Source: Verrucomicrobia bacterium UBA1200 (GTDB taxonomy: Bacteria > Verrucomicrobiota > Kiritimatiellia > RFP12 > UBA1067). Taken from it: a stretch of DNA of 64,000 bases. The notes beneath the pieces are model-generated. The model was not told the DNA's origin. It worked only from the letters and a program-made list of their open reading frames with translations, and searched no databases. This document shows positions 16,437 through 24,705 of this stretch, one piece after another. Each line of letters opens with the position of its first letter. Positions within the stretch are counted from its first letter, which is position 1. The stretch spans positions 52,820 to 116,819 of the forward strand of contig DBXY01000017.1 in the NCBI GenBank assembly GCA_002309765.1. Direction: 5' to 3'. The position numbers and the translations under genes are program-made.

Positions 16437-19055
16437 TTACTTCAACATAATAATCGTGCCGCTAATGTCGGTGAACACCGCGGAGAAACGCTGAAACTCG
16501 GTGATGGTTCCGCTACTCGTACTTGTCCAAGTCGAAACATCCTCTTGAATGGTCACGGTATAACTTCTGGGACAGTTCGCGACCGCGATCTTGCCGCGGA
16601 TTTTCTCTGCGGCGGCCGCAGTGATGGAGAAGAGCGGAACACTGAAACTGCCGTTGGGAGCGGTATCACCGAAATCAATCTCGACCTGAAGATTATCCGC
16701 GCCAGCGGCAAGAGTTATGGCGGAGTCATTGCCATCCACAAGGCCGAATTCGCCCAAAAGCTCATCGGCAGGGTCTTTGTCCACCATATAGGCGCTGCCA
16801 CTGTAGAAGGTAAGCTGCAGACTGCCGATCGCCTCAACGGTAAGCGGCTTGAAGTATCCCTCCTTAATGTCCATGTTTTTGCTGTTTGAGGTACGCTTCT
16901 CGTTACCCAGCGCCAACGTCCCCGCCCCCGTCTTGGTGGCTTTACCGTTCCACACCGTTTCAGAGGTGATGGTCAGCGTCTTACCCTCCGGAACTTCGAC
17001 AAAACCGTTGTTGAAACAGACCACGCGGTTTACGTCGTCCAGCGTTAGCGACTCCTGAACCGACAGTACTCCGTAGTTATAGATATACAAGCCATACGCC
17101 TGACGCGTGGCGGGGTTACCGCCGATATTGTCCTTGGAGCTGATGTACATAATGGGATAACCGGTCGATGTCCGCTCGTTGTCGCCGATCTGCCAAGTGC
17201 CGGTGAAGTCGGTGTTGTCGCCCGTCACATAGACATAGGAACGCGTGGACGTGCTGTAACTTGTCGCGCAGGCGCATCCCGTGCCGTGCAGGTTAGCCGC
17301 AACCGTGAAGGTTCGGTTCGCCTCCGTTGCGAAATTGGCCTTCATATTGTCCGGCGCCAAGATGGTGACGTTCCCGTAGAGAGTCTGCGACGTCACGCCC
17401 GACGAACCCGCGCCACCGGTGACAATGGTTTTTTGACCCATCCGCAGATCGTTGACCGTCAGGGATTTGTCCTTGATGCGAAGATCGGCGCGGGTTCCCG
17501 AATTGCCGTAAATATAGAGACTCTCGCCCGGGAAGGTCACATCGTTCGCTGTTCCGACACTGGTACGGAGCAGTTTAGCGTAGGTGACGTATGCCGCACC
17601 GGCATGGGCGGCCTGGCCGTCCTCCCACGCGGTAGCGTCGGTAAAGTATTTGTCATTGACGATCTGGTTGATCACCTGAAAACTCTGGCAGAGATAAACC
17701 GTCTGGATACCGGTGTCATCATCAGTCTCGATGGCAATAGAAGAGGTCACCTGCTCCCTCGGATCAGCAACCGAAACATCGATAAAGTCTTCCAACGTCA
17801 CCGTCCGAATCGAGGTTGGAATCTTTAAAACCGGATACCGTTGCGCCATACCATAACCGGTCAGACCAATCTGCATCGGCCACGCCGTGACGTTCTCCGC
17901 TTCGGTTAGCGTCACGCAATCGGAGTCAGACAAAGAAACATCGAACATCAGATTCGAAACCGTATGCCCACTTCCAAGAGTGACGGAGCCGACCGTCCCG
18001 ATTCCGGCGGGATTGAACGAACCGTTATTAAGCATGGTACGACCGTTCAGCTGATCCTGATCCGCACTGAAGGTGGCGCCCGCAAGAGTGGTAAAGGTTG
18101 TGCAATCCGCACCGATCTCTATACCCTGCGTGAAACCGAACGAACCCTGCGTGACCGTGAGATTCCCCGCATTCCAGGCGGCGTCGAAAATCGCAATGCC
18201 AGAGCCCCGTTTCTCCATGGGACCGCCGATGATCGGCATCTGGAAAGTGGCCTTGAAGTCGACGCGGTTCCCGACGAAGATGGTACATCCCGAATCATCG
18301 GCCGTGATACCGCCGTTTTCGCGGGCAATCACCACCCCGTCGGTGTCCGCCGCGCTCAACACGCCCTTGTTGACGAGGTTAATCGCGTCGGGGGTGAAAG
18401 TCTCAAGCGGGCCGCCGACCGCCTTGGTGTTGCTGAAACCGAGGTACATGTTGGCGCCGTTCGCCTGCATTTTGCCGAAGTACCCGGTGTTGTCGCCGCC
18501 AAGAAAACAGAGGTACCGCCCGTCATTCTCACCCGACGTGCGCGACACCTCGAACATCGTGCCGACATCGCCGGTCATCGCAACGTTCCACAGCATCTTG
18601 CGGTCGCCGCCGTTGCCAGAACCCTGCATCTGGAAGGGTGCCGATTCGGGAGAGATAACGGTGCAGGTTCCCTTCACATTACAGGTCTGGGAACCGTCGC
18701 CATGAGAGTATTGGCCGTTCGCCAGTATGAGGTTGTTGTGGGTGATGACGCAATTTCCCTTACTCTTGTGGATCAGTTTACCTTTCGCGCCGCCGACCTC
18801 TCCCAACTGCAGAGAATTCCCGGCAAAGGTGCAAGAATAGTCACCGGAATTCGAGTTTGGCGTCCGAATCACCGCACTGGTACCCAACGCGACGAGGTAA
18901 TCCGCGTCATCATGCGGCGACAGCCCGTCCGACCAGCCGCCCACGCCGTTGAATGACGTGGTGGTGGCGTTGTTGTCGCCTCTCGTCAAGGTGACTGTCT
19001 CCGCATAACCCATCAGCGCTGTCGCCGCCAAACCGAAAATGAGCAATCTTTTCAT
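16437..19055 (-). CDS. Large exported beta-helix surface protein with autotransporter-associated beta-strand repeat
   Basis: Start at ATG 19055 (MKRLLIFGLAATALMGYA), with GGAG 7 nt upstream. The sequence is Gly/Thr/Asn-rich and repetitive, with a KTGAGTLALGN-type repeat. C-terminus ...DISGTIIMLK. Confidence 0.65.
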   Translation of the reverse strand: MKRLLIFGLAATALMGYAETVTLTRGDNNATTTSFNGVGGWSDGLSPHDDADYLVALGTSAVIRTPNSNSGDYSCTFAGNSLQLGEVGGAKGKLIHKSKGNCVITHNNLILANGQYSHGDGSQTCNVKGTCTVISPESAPFQMQGSGNGGDRKMLWNVAMTGDVGTMFEVSRTSGENDGRYLCFLGGDNTGYFGKMQANGANMYLGFSNTKAVGGPLETFTPDAINLVNKGVLSAADTDGVVIARENGGITADDSGCTIFVGNRVDFKATFQMPIIGGPMEKRGSGIAIFDAAWNAGNLTVTQGSFGFTQGIEIGADCTTFTTLAGATFSADQDQLNGRTMLNNGSFNPAGIGTVGSVTLGSGHTVSNLMFDVSLSDSDCVTLTEAENVTAWPMQIGLTGYGMAQRYPVLKIPTSIRTVTLEDFIDVSVADPREQVTSSIAIETDDDTGIQTVYLCQSFQVINQIVNDKYFTDATAWEDGQAAHAGAAYVTYAKLLRTSVGTANDVTFPGESLYIYGNSGTRADLRIKDKSLTVNDLRMGQKTIVTGGAGSSGVTSQTLYGNVTILAPDNMKANFATEANRTFTVAANLHGTGCACATSYSTSTRSYVYVTGDNTDFTGTWQIGDNERTSTGYPIMYISSKDNIGGNPATRQAYGLYIYNYGVLSVQESLTLDDVNRVVCFNNGFVEVPEGKTLTITSETVWNGKATKTGAGTLALGNEKRTSNSKNMDIKEGYFKPLTVEAIGSLQLTFYSGSAYMVDKDPADELLGEFGLVDGNDSAITLAAGADNLQVEIDFGDTAPNGSFSVPLFSITAAAAEKIRGKIAVANCPRSYTVTIQEDVSTWTSTSSGTITEFQRFSAVFTDISGTIIMLK

Positions 19056-19106
19056 AATAATCTCCACGCTATGCCAAACCCTAAAACACTCCTAACTACA
19101 AGTGAA

Positions 19107-19135
19107 AATTTACAAAAAAATCACATAACAGTCAA
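19107..19135 (-). promoter_or_regulatory. Sigma70-like promoter candidate (TTGACT-17-TAAATT) for the 876-aa protein gene
   Basis: -35 at 19130-19135 and -10 at 19107-19112 on the minus strand. The 17-nt spacer contains a T7 run. Confidence 0.4.
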
Positions 19136-19190
19136 GGCGAATTACGATAATCGCGGCAAAGTACCGGTAAAAATTGACTACGGCCCTTGC

Positions 19191-21542
19191 TTACCTCTGA
19201 ACCGGCGACCGCCATTTGTAGATGTGAACGGCAAACGGCGCGAATTCGTCCGCGATAGCATTGCCGCCGCAAATACATGTCCGGTTCTCGTAAAGAACTT
19301 CTACCGTCTCCGCCACCGGTACGGTAAGTTTCGCCGTGACCGACTCGGCCACCGCATTGACCGCCAGAAGATAGGATGTGCCGTCATGCCGCTTCAATAG
19401 GCACGAAACAGACGGTCTGCCGTAACAATCCGTCTTCGGACCGGACAAAACTTCCGGCACCGGAGGCTGTCGGGGGGTACGCTCGACAAGGACCGGCTCA
19501 AGCGCCGAAAGCCGCCCGGCAAGGTCGCAGATGTTCTGCCAGCGTTCCGGCGTGGAGGTGACGCCCTCATTATCTTTGAATCCTCCGTAGGTGTACCATG
19601 TGAGACCGTGGGCACCGTGGATCACGGCGGCGAACGACATGGCAAAAAGCTGTTCGCGCGTGGGGAAGTGTTGCCAGCTGCTCCATCCTTTGAAATATTG
19701 AATGATTGCCCAGCAGGTACGCGGCTGGCCTTTCCCGTACTGTTTAACATCGGAGTGGAACAGCGCCATGTCGCGTATTACGTCGGCCACGCAAGTCTTG
19801 TCGCTGACGTCGCCATCCTTATTGCGGATGGGGTAAATTTCCGGCAAGAAACCGTCCGTTGCGGTCACGTAGTCGGAATATCGGGTCTTCGGGCCGCTGC
19901 CGATCGGATCGGCTTGCACGGTAATGCGCGTGGGATCTACCGCCTTTACCGCCTCGTCATAGTCAGTCTCCAATTCGGGCGGTATGTGATCGTATGTGTC
20001 ATCACCCAGATACCAGGCGATAATGCTGGGGTTGTGGCGGCCGGTATTAATCAGATTTTCCTCCGGGAAACGCGCCGCCACCCAGAGTTTGATCCCGTAT
20101 TTCACCGCTGCGGCGAGGAATTCCGGATCGTAGGCGTTGCCGTAAGTGTGGCCAAGATTGAAACCGGCCTCCTTCAATCCTTTGAAAGCGTTGTCAAAAC
20201 TGTTCCCGTTGAAATCGCGTTTGCAGACGGCGTAAAGCCCAATCGGGAAGAACGGTTTGCCGTCGATAAGCGTCATACCGTCATCGCGCAACGAGATTTT
20301 TGACGTGGTCGGCGCATCGCCAATGTAGAACATCTTTTTGCTCGCCGTCTTGTTGCCGTGGAAATCCGACACGCCCACCTCGGCGACATGCAGGCCCTCA
20401 CCCCAGCCGCCAGTCGGCGCCGCGATGGATACCACGTTGCCGGTTCGCCGGACTGCCGCCGTCCGCTCCGCGCCATCAACCGTAACCGTGAGCGTATTCC
20501 ACAGGATAACCGCTTCGGAGGTACTCTCAATCGCGATACGCAACGGTTCATTCGCGTTGCGTGTGGGACTGTCCGAGATGCGGCGGATACGTGGCGGACG
20601 GACCTCGCGATCAACCGCCCAGTCGTGATCGGTCACCGCCCCAACCGTTACGGTATGGAGAACCGGCGTGGCCTTTCCGTCCGAAACAAGCGTCACGCGG
20701 TACTGGATCACAGGAGTGTCGGCGGTGAAAGGCGCATCGTAGAAACTCCCTTCCGTTCCGTCCGGACCATGGAACAGCTTGCCCGCAAGCCTGTCCGCGC
20801 CTTCCGCCCCGCGCCATTGGAAACGCACTGCGCACCCGGTCGGAATATCCGCCCGCCAGGAGACGGCTCCGCCATTGTGGATTTCAGAATCAAACCGCGC
20901 CCGTTTCGCGAACGTCGGAGCCCCTGTCAACTCTTCAAAGGACAAGGCACTGTAGGTCACACGATTTTCCGGGCCAATGTTCGGCAAGTCAAAACCAAGC
21001 TGCACCGCAAACGCCGTCGCCCCTTTCGGGATGTCGCCATATAAGGCGACATCCGTGCGCCGCCGCTTGATGGCCGTGTAACATATCGGTGTGCTGGGAA
21101 GCTTAACGCCGTCCGCCCCGAACCAATGGATAAAACTGCTCCAAGTCTCGCCGTCTTTACCCATGTCATTGATGGTGACAGTAGGATCTACGCTGAACGC
21201 AAGACGGTACCGTGCGCATCCGCCCTTGAGCGCGATTCTTTCGGAAAGCGCATGCCACGCTGTGTCGCATATCTTGGATGATCCCGTGAGGCAAAGCCCC
21301 TTCCCCTCAACATGGGCAATACCCAACTGGCCTTCATAGTTTTTGTCCGACCAGAACGCCTGGCGGCCAAATGCGTCGGCCGCCACCGTCTCAGTTCCGG
21401 TCAAGCGGCACATTACGGCGTCCGGTCTGACATCAGCGTTCTCTACTTCATAGACCGGCGAAAAAGATAACGCCTGCAACGCAACGGCAAAGGAAGCCGC
21501 CGCGAACGGCAAAACCCATTTACGATTTGTTTCTCGTCTCAT
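19191..21542 (-). CDS. Exported multidomain glycoside-hydrolase-like protein (TIM barrel related to the 15027-16364 product)
   Basis: 783 aa with a signal peptide (WVLPFAAASFAVALQA). N-terminal beta-sandwich regions precede a barrel with IIAWYLGDDT and QLFAMSFAAVIHGAHGLTWY, which parallel motifs in the 15027 gene. Confidence 0.5.
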   Translation of the reverse strand: MRRETNRKWVLPFAAASFAVALQALSFSPVYEVENADVRPDAVMCRLTGTETVAADAFGRQAFWSDKNYEGQLGIAHVEGKGLCLTGSSKICDTAWHALSERIALKGGCARYRLAFSVDPTVTINDMGKDGETWSSFIHWFGADGVKLPSTPICYTAIKRRRTDVALYGDIPKGATAFAVQLGFDLPNIGPENRVTYSALSFEELTGAPTFAKRARFDSEIHNGGAVSWRADIPTGCAVRFQWRGAEGADRLAGKLFHGPDGTEGSFYDAPFTADTPVIQYRVTLVSDGKATPVLHTVTVGAVTDHDWAVDREVRPPRIRRISDSPTRNANEPLRIAIESTSEAVILWNTLTVTVDGAERTAAVRRTGNVVSIAAPTGGWGEGLHVAEVGVSDFHGNKTASKKMFYIGDAPTTSKISLRDDGMTLIDGKPFFPIGLYAVCKRDFNGNSFDNAFKGLKEAGFNLGHTYGNAYDPEFLAAAVKYGIKLWVAARFPEENLINTGRHNPSIIAWYLGDDTYDHIPPELETDYDEAVKAVDPTRITVQADPIGSGPKTRYSDYVTATDGFLPEIYPIRNKDGDVSDKTCVADVIRDMALFHSDVKQYGKGQPRTCWAIIQYFKGWSSWQHFPTREQLFAMSFAAVIHGAHGLTWYTYGGFKDNEGVTSTPERWQNICDLAGRLSALEPVLVERTPRQPPVPEVLSGPKTDCYGRPSVSCLLKRHDGTSYLLAVNAVAESVTAKLTVPVAETVEVLYENRTCICGGNAIADEFAPFAVHIYKWRSPVQR

Positions 21543-21588
21543 CTTATGACCCCCAAATCAACTGTTCCGTGCGAAACATCCCCAGCCG

Positions 21589-24399
21589 TCACGATCCTGA
21601 TGTGGCGACCGCAATGCGTTTGAACTGAAGCCGCCAAGCGTCCGGCTCATCCGCAGCCGGAGTGCCAAGCTCCGTCGCACGGATACGCAAACTTTTCACC
21701 TTCGGATGGCCAATCACCGTGTAGAAATCCACCACAAACGATTCCCCCGGTTTCGGCGGGACCGCGTTGGAATACGACTTCAGAACGCGCCATGCGCCAG
21801 CGTTGTCCATACCTTCCACGACAAACGCGCGCGGAAATCCCGCAATACCGTTGCGAGAATCACGGTCGTCACGAGCCCACAGCTCCAGCTTCTCCACGCT
21901 CTTAACCGCGCCAAGGTCAATCATGAGCCATTCCTCCGCCTTAGCGCTTCCATGCGATTTCGAACTCCAGCCCTTGGCCACCGGCGCGTTCATCGGTTTC
22001 GTAAGATTCTTTATAGTCCACCCGCCGGTCGGCGCTTCATGCGACGATGATGCAGAAATACGCAACGCGCCGCCCTCATCTCCGTTGGCATCATCCGTCA
22101 CGGGATCGATCAACGCCGCAGGTTTTACCTTCTTCGCGACAATCGCATACTCGCCAGTCCCGAACGCATCGAGGGCGTTGGTTGTCTTCCCGTTGACCGT
22201 CACTTCTTCGCACGGCGGCAAAACCGCCGTCGCCATCCCGCCTTTGGGAACGTTAAACTTCGCCACAAGATTCCCGTCTTCCATCCGCCACGCGACCGTA
22301 ATCTCGCCGTGCGGCGTGGGCACCTTCCCCGATGCCTGCGTCACGCCGCCGCACGGATGCGGGCAAAACTCGAACTTCGCATATCCCGGCGCGGTCGGCA
22401 CGATACCGAGGATTCCGGCAGACAGAATCCCCGCAATGGCCGTATCCGGATGCGACTCATCACCCCAGCCTTTCCGCATCAACCCCATGCACTCCGTGGT
22501 GGTGAGTGCCCCTTTCCATGCGGGATCAAGAAGTTTGAACCAGTTGTGCGCGGCTATCGCCTTAAGCCCACGATCCGTGAACCCGTACTCCATAAGACCG
22601 CGCGCGGCAAGTGCTTGGAACTTTCCGTGCCCGGTGTGAATCAAATACGGCGCGATGCGAAGTGCCTCGTCTCGCGTGGCGAAGCGGGTTGCCAGCGCAA
22701 GGGCGTTTGCCTCAAAGCCGAAACCGCGATTCTTGTCGGAGAGCGCGAAAAACCCGTCCTTGCCGATCCAGAAGCGCGAGCGAATCGCCGCAGAAAGCCG
22801 TTCTGCCCACTTCTCGAACCGAACCCTAGCGGCATTGTCGCCAAAGTCCGCCGCCAGCGTCGCCGCATCCTTGCAGCATTTCCAGAGAAGGATGTCCATA
22901 TAAGCGCGGTGAGAAGTGTCGCCGAGATTGAGGTTGCAGGCGTGCTTGGAGGTCTCGCCGCGTTGCACGAACGTGCCGTCTTCCGCCGAGTGCGCCGCAA
23001 GGTAATCCATCAGTTTCAGCACATTGGGGTACAGCGCCCGCGTTGTCGCGGCATCGCCAGAATAAAGGTAGTAGTCGCGCAGAACGGGAACGAACCATGC
23101 GGCGAATTCGTCGGATGGGAACGGGCCGTACTCGCCGTCCACCGGCGGCACGGCGCGTTCGGCATAGGGAGAGGCGTGGACATATCCGGCGGGAGTCTGG
23201 TTGAAGCCGAGCATTTTCACCGATCCGCGCATATACGGCTCGTTGCCCGGATTGAAGGAATAGAAAATATTACGCTCCGCCCACCAAAGGTCTCCGCTCC
23301 AAATGAGCCTATCGCGCTTCGCGCCGTCCGCCACGTATGGCAACGTGCGGGGAAAGTCCCATTCGTCAAGGCCGTCCGCCACATCGAATCTGCTTTGCCA
23401 GCGCGTCACACCATCATCGCCCTGAATCGACATCTTCCACACGACCGGCCACGATTCTTTCTCCACCGCCAAACCAAAACGTTCGTCTTTGCGAATCGGC
23501 ACGGAAACGGTTTTCACCTCATTCGTCGAGGTTTGCACCACTTCGGTACGCCGGTCGCCGACCAGAACATAAAAACGCCCTTGCGGGAAATGCGGGTTGG
23601 CGTCAAATTCGTATTCAATGCGCAACGTTCCGTCGCATGGCGCGGCGGCGCGATGCCACCCCTCGCCCGCCGCCGCCTCAAGCTTGCGCGGAAGAAGCCT
23701 GCCTCCCGCGCACTTCCACGCATCATGGTTTGGGAACGCGGCGATTTGGCATGTCCATACGCTTATCTGCCACAATCTGTCGAGGCGGGGATCGGAACAC
23801 TCGAACGAGCCTTCGGGCTTGCCGTCGCGAAACACTTTCGCGTTTTCAATTTTAAAGGATGAAATCGTCACCTCGGTTCCTGGCGTGTCAAGCTGCAGCC
23901 GCACATACCGCTCCTGCCCTTGGATTAGCGGCGCAACGAAGCGGCCCGTGCGGCAAATGCGGTATATCTCATGGCGGTTGATATTGCCGGGCAGCGCCGG
24001 GATGTCGAACGTCGGCCCAAGATATCGGGCGCTTGTCTCGCGGGAGAAGCATCCTTTCTCGCCGAGACCGTCGGGGTGATTCGCGTAGGCGACACGCAGT
24101 ATCGGACTGCCTTTCTCCGGACTGCTTTTCACCGCCGATACGTCGAACACGGCGTAACCTCCGAAGCTCGATTCGCCCAAATCCAGTCGCAACACCTGTG
24201 ACTTGCCGTCGGCCGGGTAAGACAACGAGATCGGATACTTCACAGAGTCATCGGACGCAAAGGAAAAGTTTTCCCGAAGCGCCGCTGAACACGGGTGTGC
24301 CAAAACCATTGTGACCGCAAAAGCGGCCGCCAAAAGAATACCAGGCTTAATCGCATACGGTCTCCCGCCAAAAAAAGATTCTGTCATTCTTACTCTCAT
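21589..24399 (-). CDS. Exported GH78-like alpha-L-rhamnosidase-type (alpha/alpha)6 hydrolase with a C-terminal F5/8 type C (discoidin) domain
   Basis: 936 aa. KRDRLIWSGDLWW matches the R-E/D-R-x-x-W-x-GD motif of bacterial rhamnosidases, and a six-hairpin-like region follows. The last 150 aa or so (EEWLMIDLGAVKSVEKLELWARDD...) look like a discoidin domain. Confidence 0.65.
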   Translation of the reverse strand: MRVRMTESFFGGRPYAIKPGILLAAAFAVTMVLAHPCSAALRENFSFASDDSVKYPISLSYPADGKSQVLRLDLGESSFGGYAVFDVSAVKSSPEKGSPILRVAYANHPDGLGEKGCFSRETSARYLGPTFDIPALPGNINRHEIYRICRTGRFVAPLIQGQERYVRLQLDTPGTEVTISSFKIENAKVFRDGKPEGSFECSDPRLDRLWQISVWTCQIAAFPNHDAWKCAGGRLLPRKLEAAAGEGWHRAAAPCDGTLRIEYEFDANPHFPQGRFYVLVGDRRTEVVQTSTNEVKTVSVPIRKDERFGLAVEKESWPVVWKMSIQGDDGVTRWQSRFDVADGLDEWDFPRTLPYVADGAKRDRLIWSGDLWWAERNIFYSFNPGNEPYMRGSVKMLGFNQTPAGYVHASPYAERAVPPVDGEYGPFPSDEFAAWFVPVLRDYYLYSGDAATTRALYPNVLKLMDYLAAHSAEDGTFVQRGETSKHACNLNLGDTSHRAYMDILLWKCCKDAATLAADFGDNAARVRFEKWAERLSAAIRSRFWIGKDGFFALSDKNRGFGFEANALALATRFATRDEALRIAPYLIHTGHGKFQALAARGLMEYGFTDRGLKAIAAHNWFKLLDPAWKGALTTTECMGLMRKGWGDESHPDTAIAGILSAGILGIVPTAPGYAKFEFCPHPCGGVTQASGKVPTPHGEITVAWRMEDGNLVAKFNVPKGGMATAVLPPCEEVTVNGKTTNALDAFGTGEYAIVAKKVKPAALIDPVTDDANGDEGGALRISASSSHEAPTGGWTIKNLTKPMNAPVAKGWSSKSHGSAKAEEWLMIDLGAVKSVEKLELWARDDRDSRNGIAGFPRAFVVEGMDNAGAWRVLKSYSNAVPPKPGESFVVDFYTVIGHPKVKSLRIRATELGTPAADEPDAWRLQFKRIAVATSGS

Positions 24400-24536
24400 C
24401 GCATCTTGCCCCTTTCCCAGGTTAGGATCGTTGCCCCCACAACAAGTCCATTATCCGTGCCGCCAAGAATTATATCCCAACCCCCACCGCATTAGTCAAG
24501 GACAACTTACGCCAAATTAGTAACCGGATTTCGCGA

Positions 24537-24566
24537 TTGCAAAACCAATGCGCATTGTGATAAAAT
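24537..24566 (+). promoter_or_regulatory. Sigma70-like promoter candidate with extended -10 (TTGCAA-18-TGaTAAAAT) for the giant LTD-CotH gene
   Basis: -35 at 24537-24542 and -10 at 24561-24566, preceded by TG. The perfect palindrome CAATGCGCATTG (24546-24557) sits in the spacer. An 11-bp inverted repeat (AAAACCAATGC at 24541-24551, GCATTGGTTTT at 24569-24579) flanks the -10. Confidence 0.4.
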
Positions 24567-24705
24567 TTGCATTGGTTTTTAAGGGTGGTTCACCGGTTTG
24601 GGGACGCGCCGACACGGGTAAAAAGGTTACCGTGGCCTTTGTCGAGACCTGGTGAAAGAACAGTTAGCGTCATTTCACACATTAAACTGAAGGCATGCTA
24701 ATAAA

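Noticed and set aside
24580-24660. GGGACGC in the giant gene's leader as a c-di-GMP-I (GEMM) riboswitch
   Set aside because: The flanking conserved elements (GGCAAA, ACGCAAAGCC, GNRA tetraloop and receptor) are missing. The resemblance is limited to one heptamer. A cmscan would settle it.
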